From: Torpedo marmorata | Lineage: Eukaryota | Reading direction: 5' to 3' | Length of the DNA stretch: 64,000 nt | Assembly: GCA_977017645.1 (NCBI GenBank) | Contig: OZ360242.1 | Coordinates: 46,810,001-46,874,000 of the forward strand | In this document: positions 15,001 to 25,500 of the stretch, piece by piece | Layout: each line of letters opens with the position of its first letter | How positions within the stretch are numbered: the stretch's first letter is position 1 | Position numbers and translations under genes: made by a program | Notes under the pieces: model-generated | The model's database searches: none | Seen by the model: only the letters and a program-made list of their open reading frames with translations | What the model was told of the DNA's origin: nothing

Positions 15001-18000
15001 TGTGACAGAAGCTCCCCCGTCCCCACCTGTGACACAAGCTCCCCCGTCCCCACCTGTGGCACAAGCTCCCCCGTCCCCACCTGTAACGAAAGCTCCCCCG
15101 TCCCCACCTGTGACAGAAGCTCCCCCGTCCCCACCTGTGACGGAAGCTCCCCCGTCCCCACCTGTGACGGAAGCTCCCCCGTCCCCACCTGTGACACAAG
15201 CTCCCCCGTCCCCACCTGTGACACAAGCTCCCCCGTCCCCACCTGTGACACAAGCTCCCCCGTCCCCACCTGTGACGGAAGCTCCCCCGTCCCCACCTGT
15301 GACGGAAGCTCCCCCGTCCCCACCTGTGACGGAAGCTCCCCCGTCCCCACCTGTGACACAAGCTCCCCCGTCCCCACCTGTGACACAAGCTCCCCCGTCC
15401 CCACCTGTGACACAAGCTCCCCCGTCCCCACCTGTGACACAAGCTCCCACGTCCCCACCTGTGACACAAGCTCCCACGTCCCCACCTGTAACGGAAGCTC
15501 CCCCGTCCCCACCTGTGACACAAGCTCCCCCGTCCCCACCTGTGACACAAGCTCCCCCGTCCCCACCTGTGACACAAGCTCCCCCGTCCCCACCTGTAAC
15601 GGAAGCTCCCCCGTCCCCACCTGTGACACAAGCTCCCCCGTCCCCACCTGTGACAGAAGCTCCCCCGTCCCCACCTGTGACAGAAGCTCCCCCGTCCCCA
15701 CCTGTGACAGAAGCTCCCCCGTCCCCACCTGTGACAGAAGCTCCCCCGTCCCCACCTGTGACAGAAGCTCCCCCGTCCCCACCTGTGACACAAGCTCCCC
15801 CGTCCCCACCTGTAACGGAAGCTCCCCCGTCCCCACCTGTGACACAAGCTCCCCCGTCCCCACATGTGACAGAAGCTCCCCCGTCCCCACCTGTGGCAGA
15901 AGCTCCCCCGTCCCCACCTGTGACACAAACTCCCCCGTCCCCACCTGTGACACAAGCTCCCCCGTCCCCACCTGTGACACAAGCTCCCCCGTCCCCACCT
16001 GTGACACAAGCTCCCCCGTCCCCACCTGTGACACAAACTCCCCCGTCCCCACCTGTGACACAAACTCCCCCGTCCCCACCTGTAACGGAAGCTCCCCCGT
16101 CCCCACCTGTGACGGAAGCTCCCCCGTCCCCACCTGTGACACAAACTCCCCCGTCCCCACCTGTGACGGAAGCTCCCCCGTCCCCACCTGTGACGGAAGC
16201 TCCCCCGTCCCCACCTGTGACACAAACTCCCCCGTCCCCACCTGTGACGGAAGCTCCCCCGTCCCCACCTGTGACGGAAGCTCCCCCGTCCCCACCTGTG
16301 ACACAAACTCCCCCGTCCCCACCTGTGACGGAAGCTCCCCCGTCCCCACCTGTGACACAAACTCCCCCGTCCCCACCTGTGACACAAGCTCCCCCGTCCC
16401 CACCTGTGACACAAACTCCCCCGTCCCCACCTGTGACAGAAGCTCCCCCGTCCCCACCTGTGACAGAAGCTCCCCCGTCCCCACCTGTGACGGAAGCTCC
16501 CCCGTCCCCACCTGTGACACAAACTCCCCCGTCCCCACCTGTGACACAAGCTCCCCCGTCCCCACCTGTGACAGAAGCTCCCCCGTCCCCACCTGTGACA
16601 CAAACTCCCCCGTCCCCACCTGTGACACAAGCTCCCCCGTCCCCACCTGTGACACAAGCTCCCCCGTCCCCACCTGTGGCACAAGCTCCCCCGTCCCCAC
16701 CTGTGACGGAAGCTCCCCCGTCCCCACCTGTGACACAACCTCCCCCGTCCCCACCTGTGACACAAGCTCCCCCGTCCCCACCTGTGACAGAAGCTCCCCC
16801 GTCCCAACCTGTGACACAAGCTCCCCCGTCCCCACCTGTGACAGAAGCTCCCCCGTCCCCACCTGTGACACAAGCTCCCCCGTCCCCACCTGTGACACAA
16901 GCTCCCCCGTCCCCACCTGTGGCAGAAGCTCCCCCGTCCCCACCTGTGACAGAAGCTCCCCCGTCCCCACCTGTGACGGAAGCTCCCCCGTCCCCACCTG
17001 TGACACAAGCTCCCCCGTCCCCACCTGTGACGGAAGCTCCCCCGTCCCCACCTGTGACGGAAGCTCCCCCGTCCCCACCTGTGACACAAGCTCCCCCGTC
17101 CCCACCTGTGACAGAAGCGCCCCCGTCCCCACCTGTGACGGAAGCTCCCCCGTCCCCACCTGTGACACAAGCTCCCCCGTCCCCACCTGTGACACAAGCT
17201 CCCCCGTCCCCACCTGTGACGGAAGCTCCCCCGTCCCCACCTGTGACACAAGCTCCCCCGTCCCCACCTGTGACACAAGCTCCCCCGTCCCCACCTGTGA
17301 CAGAAGCTCCCCCGTCCCCACCTGTGACACAAGCTCCCCCGTCCCCACCTGTGACACAAGCTCCCCCGTCCCCACCTGTGACACAATCTCCCCCGTCCCC
17401 ACCTGTGACAGAAGCTCCCCCGTCCCCACCTGTGACAGAAGCTCCCCCGTCCCCACCTGTGACACAAGCTCCCCCGTCCCCACCTGTGACAGAAGCTCCC
17501 CCGTCCCCACCTGTGACACAAGCTCCCCCGTCCCCACCTGTGACACAAGCTCCCCCGTCCCCACCTGTGACACAAGCTCCCCCGTCCCCACCTGTGACAC
17601 AAGCTCCCCCGTCCCCACCTGTGACACAAGCTCCCCCGTCCCCACCTGTGACAGAAGCTCCCCCGTCCCCACCTGTGACACAAGCTCCCCCGTCCCCACC
17701 TGTGACAGAAGCTCCCCCGTCCCCACCTGTGACAGAAGCTCCCCCGTCCCCACCTGTGACACAAGCTCCCCCGTCCCCACCTGTGGCAGAAGCTCCCCCG
17801 TCCCCACCTGTGACAGAAGCTCCCCCGTCCCCACCTGTGACAGAAGCTCCCCCGTCCCCACCTGTGACACAAACTCCCCCGTCCCCACCTGTGACACAAG
17901 CTCCCCCGTCCCCACCTGTGACAGAAGCTCCCCCGTCCCCACCTGTGACACAAACTCCCCCGTCCCCACCTGTGACACAAACTCCCCCGTCCCCACCTGT

Positions 18001-21000
18001 GACAGAAGCTCCCCCGTCCCCACCTGTGACACAAGCTCCCCCGTCCCCACCTGTGACAGAAGCTCCCCCGTCCCCACCTGTGACAGAAGCTCCCCCGTCC
18101 CCACCTGTGACACAAGCTCCCCCGTCCCCACCTGTGACACAAGCTCCCCCGTCCCCACCTGTGACACAAGCTCCCCCGTCCCCACCTGTGACAGAGCTCC
18201 CCCGTCCCCACCTGTGACACAAACTCCCCCGTCCCCACCTGTAACGGAAGCTCCCCCGTCCCCACCTGTGACACAAGCTCCCCCGTCCCCACCTGTGACA
18301 GAAGCTCCCCCGTCCCCACCTGTGACAGAGCTCCCCCGTCCCCACCTGTGACACAAACTCCCCCGTCCCCACCTGTAACGGAAGCTCCCCCGTCCCCACC
18401 TGTGACACAAGCTCCCCCGTCCCCACCTGTGACAGAAGCTCCCCCGTCCCCACCTGTGGCACAAGCTCCCCCGTCCCCACCTGTGACACAAGCTCCCCCG
18501 TCCCCACCTGTAACGGAAGCTCCCCCGTCCCCACCTGTGACACAAGCTCCCCCGTCCCCACCTGTGACACAAGCTCCCCCGTCCCCACCTGTGACAGAAG
18601 CTCCCCCGTCCCCACCTGTGACGGAAGCTCCCCCGTCCCCACCTGTGACGGAAGCTCCCCCGTCCCCACCTGTGACACAAGCTCCCCCGCCCCCACCTGT
18701 GACACAAGCTCCCCCGTCCCCACCTGTGACACAAACTCCCCTGTCCCCACCTGTGACGGAAGCTCCCCCGTCCCCACCTGTGACACAAGCTCCCCCGTCC
18801 CCACCTGTGACGGAAGCTCCCCCGTCCCCACCTGTGACACAAGCTCCCCCGTCCCCACCTGTGACACAAGCTCCCCCGTCCCCACCTGTGACACAAACTC
18901 CCCTGTCCCCACCTGTGACGGAAGCTCCCCCGTCCCCACCTGTGACACAAGCTCCCCCGCCCCCACCTGTGACACAAGCTCCCCCGTCCCCACCTGTGAC
19001 ACAAACTCCCCTGTCCCCACCTGTGACGGAAGCTCCCCCGTCCCCACCTGTGACACAAGCTCCCCCGTCCCCACCTGTGACGGAAGCTCCCCCGTCCCCA
19101 CCTGTGACACAAGCTCCCCCGTCCCCACCTGTGACACAAGCTCCCCCGTCCCCACCTGTGACACAAGCTCCCCCGTCCCCACCTGTGACACAAGCTCCCC
19201 CGTCCCCACCTGTGACAGAAGCTCCCCCGTCCCCACCTGTGACGGAAGCTCCCCCGTCCCCACCTGTGACGGAAGCTCCCCCGTCCCCACCTGTGACGGA
19301 AGCTCCCCCGTCCCCACCTGTGACGGAAGCTCCCCCGTCCCCACCTGTGACGGAAGCTCCCCCGTCCCCACCTGTGACGGAAGCTCCCCCGTCCCCACCT
19401 GTGACGGAAGCTCCCCCGTCCCCACCTGTGACAGAAGCTCCCCCGTCCCCACCTGTGACACAAGCTCCCCCGTCCCCACCTGTGACAGAAGCTCCCCCGT
19501 CCCCACCTGTGACACAAGCTCCCCCGTCCCCACCTGTGACACAAGCTCCCCCGTCCCCACCTGTGACGGAAGCTCCCCCGTCCCCACCTGTGACGGAAGC
19601 TCCCCCGTCCCCACCTGTGACAGAAGCTCCCCCGTCCCCACCTGTGACACAAGCTCCCCCGTCCCCACCTGTAACGGAAGCTCCCCCGTCCCCACCTGTG
19701 ACACAAGCTCCCCCGTCCCCACCTGTGACAGAAGCTCCCCCGTCCCCACCTGTGGCAGAAGCTCCCCCGTCCCCACCTGTGACACAAACTCCCCCGTCCC
19801 CACCTGTGACACAAGCTCCCCCGTCCCCACCTGTGACACAAGCTCCCCCGTCCCCACCTGTGACACAAGCTCCCCCGTCCCCACCTGTGACAGAAGCTCC
19901 CCCGTCCCCACCTGTGACGGAAGCTCCCCCGTCCCCACCTGTGACAGAAGCTCCCCCGTCCCCACCTGTGACACAAGCTCCCCCGTCCCCACCTGTGACA
20001 GAAGCTCCCCCGTCCCCACCTGTAACGGAAGCTCCCCCGTCCCCACCTGTGACACAAGCTCCCCCGTCCCCACCTGTGACAGAAGCACCCCCGTCCCCAC
20101 CTGTGACAGAAGCTCCCCCGTCCCCACCTGTGACACAAGCTCCCCCGTCCCCACCTGTGACACAAGCTCCCCCGTCCCCACCTGTGACAGAAGCTCCCCC
20201 GTCCCCACCTGTGACACAAGCTCCCCCGTCCCCACCTGTAACGGAAGCTCCCCCGTCCCCACCTGTGACACAAGCTCCCCCGTCCCCACCTGTGACACAA
20301 GCTCCCCCGTCCCCACCTGTGACACAAGCTCCCCCGTCCCCACCTGTGACGGAAGCTCCCCCGTCCCCACCTGTGACAGAAGCTCCCCCGTCCCCACCTG
20401 TGGCAGAAGCTCCCCCGTCCCCACCTGTGACACAAGCTCCCCCGTCCCCACCTGTGACACAAGCTCCCCCGTCCCCACCTGTGACAGAAGCTCCCCCGTC
20501 CCCACCTGTGACAGAAGCTCCCCCGTCCCCACCTGTGGCAGAAGCTCCCCCGTCCCCACCTGTGACAGAAGCTCCCCCGTCCCCACCTGTGGCAGAAGCT
20601 CCCCCGTCCCCACCTGTGACACAAACTCCCCCGTCCCCACCTGTGACAGAAGCTCCCCCGTCCCCACCTGTGACGGAAGCTCCCCCGTCCCCACCTGTGG
20701 CAGAAGCTCCCCCGTCCCCACCTGTGACACAAACTCCCCCGTCCCCACCTGTGACACAAACTCCCACGTCCCCACCTGTGACACAAACTCCCCCGTCCCC
20801 ACCTGTGACACAAACTCCCCCGTCCCCACCTGTGACACAAGCTCCCCCGTCCCCACCTGTGACGGAAGCTCCCCCGTCCCCACCTGTGACGGAAGCTCCC
20901 CCGTCCCCACCTGTGACACAAACTCCCCCGTCCCCACCTGTGACGGAAGCTCCCCCGTCCCCACCTGTGACACAAACTCCCCCGTCCCCACCTGTGACAC

Positions 21001-21946
21001 AAGCTCCCCCGTCCCCACCTGTGACACAAACTCCCCCGTCCCCACCTGTGACAGAAGCTCCCCCGTCCCCACCTGTGACAGAAGCTCCCCCGTCCCCACC
21101 TGTGACGGAAGCTCCCCCGTCCCCACCTGTGACACAAACTCCCCCGTCCCCACCTGTGACACAAGCTCCCCCGTCCCCACCTGTGACAGAAGCTTCCCCC
21201 GTCCCCACCTGTGACACAAACTCCCCCGTCCCCACCTGTGACACAAGCTCCCCCGTCCCCACCTGTGACAGAAGCTCCCCCGTCCCCACCTGTGACACAA
21301 ACTCCCCCGTCCCCACCTGTGACACAAGCTCCCCCGTCCCCACCTGTGACACAAACTCCCCCGTCCCCACCTGTGACACAAGCTCCCCCGTCCCCACCTG
21401 TGACACAAGCTCCCCCGTCCCCACCTGTGACACAAGCTCCCCCGTCCCCACCTGTGACACAAGCTCCCCCGTCCCCACCTGTGACACAAACTCCCCCGTC
21501 CCCACCTGTGACAGAAGCTCCCCCGTCCCCACCTGTGACGGAAGCTCCCCCGTCCCCACCTGTGACGGAAGCTCCCCCGTCCCCACCTGTGACGGAAGCT
21601 CCCCCGTCCCCACCTGTGACGGAAGCTCCCCCGTCCCCACCTGTGACAGAAGCTCCCCCGTCCCCACCTGTGACGGAAGCTCCCCCGTCCCCACCTGTGA
21701 CGGAAGCTCCCCCGTCCCCACCTGTGACGGAAGCTCCCCCGTCCCCACCTGTGACAGAAGCTCCCCCGTCCCCACCTGTGACACAAACTCCCCCGTCCCC
21801 ACCTGTGACACAAACTCCCCCGTCCCCACCTGTGACACAAGCTCCCCCGTCCCCACCTGTGACACAAACTCCCCCGTCCCCACCTGTGACGGAAGCTCCC
21901 CCGTCCCCACCTGTGACAGAAGCTCCCCCGTCCCCACCTGTGACAA
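1..21946. repeat. Giant 27-bp tandem repeat (minisatellite), consensus GCTCCCCCGTCCCCACCTGTGACA(C/G)AA, about 810 units, open at the left window edge
   Basis: Uninterrupted 27-bp periodicity from base 1 to ...CCCCACCTGTGACAA near 21946. Variants cluster at unit positions 1, 21, 22, 24 and 25. 26-bp units (GTGACAGAGCT) occur near 4750, 11337, 14037, 18193 and 18327, and a 28-bp unit near 21194. Confidence 0.99.
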
Positions 21947-22217
21947 AGTGCAGGTCGGACGTTGACCTCGTCCATCAGCTCGAACCCCTGGAACTGCTGA
22001 AGCAATTCTTCCTCAACCCCGAGGAACCAAGTCGTCAACAAGTGAACATGGGTGTTTCAATGTTGACCAGAAACTGGTTTTCTCTCAATCAGATAATTTC
22101 CGCGCTGCTGAGTTCTTCCTGCATTTTCTCTTTTGCATTAAAAACGTATTGAAACAAGTGAGTAATTATTCTCTGAGAAATGTCCGGACCTTGTGCTGCT
22201 GGACCAAGGTGCTCCCG

Positions 22218-22330
22218 GCTCCCCCTAGTGGTCACGGCGCCCACCTGCTGCGCACCACCTGGTGTCAATAAAGTTGGGTTGTTGACAGTGAGTGGGAACG
22301 CCACACGTGGAGACCAAGATGGCGGCGGAG
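22218..22330 (+). promoter_or_regulatory. Putative RSL1D1 CpG-rich promoter/5' region: CTCF-like motifs (22218-22267), E-box CACGTG (22304-22309) and YY1-type CAAGATGGCG overlapping the ATG
   Basis: GCTCCCCCTAGTGGTCA, CGCCCACCTGCTG and GCACCACCTGGTGTCA resemble the reverse CTCF core. CACGTG lies about 10 nt before the ATG. The region 22200-22800 is GC/CpG-rich. Motif matches by eye only. Confidence 0.5.
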
Positions 22331-22525
22331 AAGAAGGGGGCAGAGACGGAGATGGCGGCGGAGAAAAAGGGGGCAGAGACGGAGATGGCGGCGGAGAAGA
22401 AGGGGGCAGAGACGGAGATGGCGGCGGAGAAGAAGGGGGTAGAGACGGAGATGGCGGCGGAAGAGACGGAGATGGCGGCAGAGACGGAGATGGCGGCGGA
22501 GAAGAAGGGGGCAGAGACGGAGATG
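22319..22525 (+). repeat. 33-bp coding tandem repeat ATGGCGGCGGAGAAGAAGGGGGCAGAGACGGAG (5 full and 2 shortened units)
   Basis: Directly visible. All unit lengths are multiples of 3 (33, 33, 33, 33, 21, 18, 33). Confidence 0.95.
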
Positions 22526-22567
22526 GGAACAGAGACGGGGACGGATGTGGAGGTGAATTCGGAGCAG
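22319..22567 (+). CDS. RSL1D1: RSL1D1 exon 1 (83 codons; [11 protein letters not shown] repeats then [15 protein letters not shown])
   Basis: ATG in AAGATGG context; donor CAG|GTACGG, phase 0. It ends ...SEQ like the ..KEQ end of vertebrate RSL1D1 exon 1. Confidence 0.85.
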
Positions 22568-25500
22568 GTACGGGGACGATTTGGGCGCTCTCCTTCTTTA
22601 GCCCCAGAGCAGGGGGAAGACGTGACGCCAGGGGTTGAAGCCGGCGGCCCGGCCCTTTCCCGTCGCGGGCCGCCTGATGCTGCAGCGGCGGGGAACGTGG
22701 GAAGTGGCCGCGCGTCGTGAGGCCTTCTGCTGTCCTGGCGGGCACGTTGTGCCCCCGCCGGGCTGGTGTTCGGGGAGTGTAACCCCGGGGAGACGCCAAC
22801 TGACACACGGAGACTTGGGCAAATGTGGATGTTGGAGATTGCATTTTTTTAAAGTGTTATATGCTGCAAACTGGGGTCTGTGGACAGAGGACCAGAATGA
22901 ACAGTTGTAATAGGGAGTGAAACACTAAAGTCTGAAGACGATGTGATTGTAGTAAAACACAGAAATGCTGGAGGATCAGCCGGTCTTGCAGCATCCATAG
23001 TAGGTAAAGATATATTACCGACGTTTCGGGTCTGAGCCCTTCTTCAAGGCCCGAAATGTCGGTAATATATCTTTACCTCCTATGGACGCTGCGAGACCGG
23101 CAGATTTCCTCTAACATTCGTCCAGCAAACTCATTGTTTGCTCAAGGTTCCAGCATTTGCAGTTTTTGTGTTTTTATTTTGTTCTTGACATTTTTTTCTA
23201 TTCTTTGCGGCCTGATCTGTTGATATTTCAGGTATTTTTTGATTTTAATCTCTTGAGAAATCTATACTGCCTGGAGGCCCAGTGAAATGATTAGGCCGTT
23301 TTCTAGCTTCCCCAGTGCTTCGAACATGAAGGCAATGAGAGGATCTATAAACAAATTATGGGAATGGAAAAGTTTATTTATTTGTCATAAAATACCTATT
23401 ACAGTAAGAAGAGTTCTGCGAACAAACTGGTCATCTTCAATAAACTTTCATCCTTCATCTAACATCTCTTTTTCAAACGTACAGTTTCTCTACATTGGAG
23501 AGACCGGTCGTAGATTGGGAGACCGCTTTGCTGAGCACCTCCTCTCTGTCCGCAACAACAGCGACCTCCCAGTAGCCAACCATTTCAATTCCGGGTCACA
23601 CTCCCATACTCACATGTCTGTCCATGGCCTCATGTACTATCCCTCCCAGACTACCTGCAAATTGGAGGAACAACATCTCATATTCCGTCTCTGCACTCTC
23701 CAGCCAGATGGCATTAACATTGACTTTTCTGCTTTCCACTAAACCTGCTTGTCGTTCCCTTCCCCTCCCCCCTCACCTGTCCTTCCTGTTTTTCTCCAGC
23801 TACCTAGCCATCCCTCCTCCCCCTCTTTGCTGCTGTCCCCTCCCTCCTTTTTCCACCTATCATCTCCTGCCTTTGCCATCCCCCTTCCCCCTTCACTCTT
23901 TTGTTCGGACGCCTATCGGCATTTTCTCATACTTTGATGAAGGGCTCAAGCCCGAAACGTCGGTTATGTATTTCTACCTTTGCTACATAAAAGACACTGT
24001 TTGACCTGCTGAGTTTCTCCAGCATTTGTGTTTTTTACTTCAACCACGGTATCCACAGATTTTCGTGTTTTACTTTAGTTTCTATATTTTATTGGCTGTA
24101 CTTTTGAAAGTCATTGGTACTTTATTGATAAGCAGTGGAAAGAAAACATAAATATAGGCATTGCAAAACTGAGGTTCAACATAAAATTGGATAGTTGATT
24201 ACATGAATAGGTTATGGGCTTGGGTAATCTGAAGTAGAGGATGTGATATTTTGGTTTGGTATTCATTTCAATGCAAGATAATGCTACAATTTTGAAATTG
24301 TTCTGATGTTTGCACTTTGTCATGGTTATGCTAGAAAGCATGTATGATCTTGAAAACATAAAGGATAAATGAACTGTATGGATTTAACAACATTGTAAGA
24401 TCCCAATCTTTGATTTCCACTTATTGCTTGGTAGAGGTGTTAAAGATTCCTGCGTTGGAGAGGAAGTCAGGGTTCCAATCCTTGGTTGGTAGAAAGAGGG
24501 GAGGTGTAGCAAATGGTGAAAATTGTGGTAATGGGAAATAATGAAAGAACATAGATCAGCAAGCATCCTTGAAATGAAATATATTCTTAAGGGCTAAAAT
24601 TGGAAGAATGGGATCATTTGAAAAGGTGATGTGCAAATCGTATCACGGTATTAAGGAATGTTCATTGCTGATATGTGGGATGGTTCATCCAAGTATTCTT
24701 CAGCATTTATGAGTTTGAAATTTAAATACCTTGTTATCCCAAAGTGAATATGATCTGTTGTATTCACCTTTGCCACCTCATTTCATCAGATATGCAAGGC
24801 TGTTAAAGCATTGATGGAATATGTGAAGAAAACCAAAAATGACACAAAACTATTTCTGAATGAAGATGAAATTATAATGCTATGTGTCACGGTGTGGGAG
24901 ATTGCAAACCAAGAGCAAACACTAAAAATGTAAGTAAATGAAAAGGGATTCCTTTGCTCTTTTAGTTGCAAAATGAGGTGCCACATTTTTCTTGATCTGA
25001 AGAAGATTGTTTTTATGTGATGTTTGTACAAAATGTTGACTTACAATGTTTTTATTTATATATTTTTTTTAAAAGCAAAATAATAAGCCTAGTAAAAACA
25101 CATGTTGGAGAAACTCAGCAGGTCAATCAATGTCCTTTATATAGCAAAGGTAATAAGCCTCCTTGCTGCTTAAAAAGGTAATTTTACATTGAATGTGCAG
25201 TGGAGAAACAGGCCATTCATTACAAGTCTGCAGTTGTACTTTGATCCTGCTTGTTGTTTCTACCTTACTCAGCATTGCCCTCCACCGTCCTCCCTCACAC
25301 TAAACTGTTAACTGCAATAACTCCTGGCCAGCAAGTTCCTTAATTTTATTACTTTTGGGTAAAAAGAAAATTCTCATTGACTTATTCTTGGATTGCCAAT
25401 CTCTGTTGATGTTATCTGGCTTCACTCATCCTCAAATCAGAACTTTTCCTTATATTTAAGTTCTTTGTTGGGCCCTATTTCATCTTTTTAAGAAACCCAA

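Noticed and set aside
1-21946. CRISPR-like repeat-spacer array or telomeric repeat
   Set aside because: Units are contiguous with no unique spacers, there are no cas genes, the context is eukaryotic, and there is no (TTAGGG)n.
47-22152. Giant proline-rich ORFs (900-2196 aa) and the 4656/2540-aa antisense ORFs as annotated genes
   Set aside because: The 27-bp unit is a multiple of 3 and lacks stops in five of six frames. The listed starts are GTG/TTG, frames are broken by inherited indels, and no splice or domain context is visible. Kept only as hypotheses.
21947-22152. Unique C-terminus [18 protein letters not shown]...FALKTY as a real protein tail
   Set aside because: No recognisable homology. 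Its distal part (GCTGCTGAGTTCTTCCTGCATTTT) looks like a decayed copy of the Penelope-type tail found elsewhere in the window.
22089-22910. Overlapping ORFs in other frames across the CpG island (Pro/Ser-rich, Gly-rich, SAAISV repeats)
   Set aside because: Shadows of the GC-rich 33-bp repeat; only the MAAEKK frame splices in phase to RSL1D1 exon 2.
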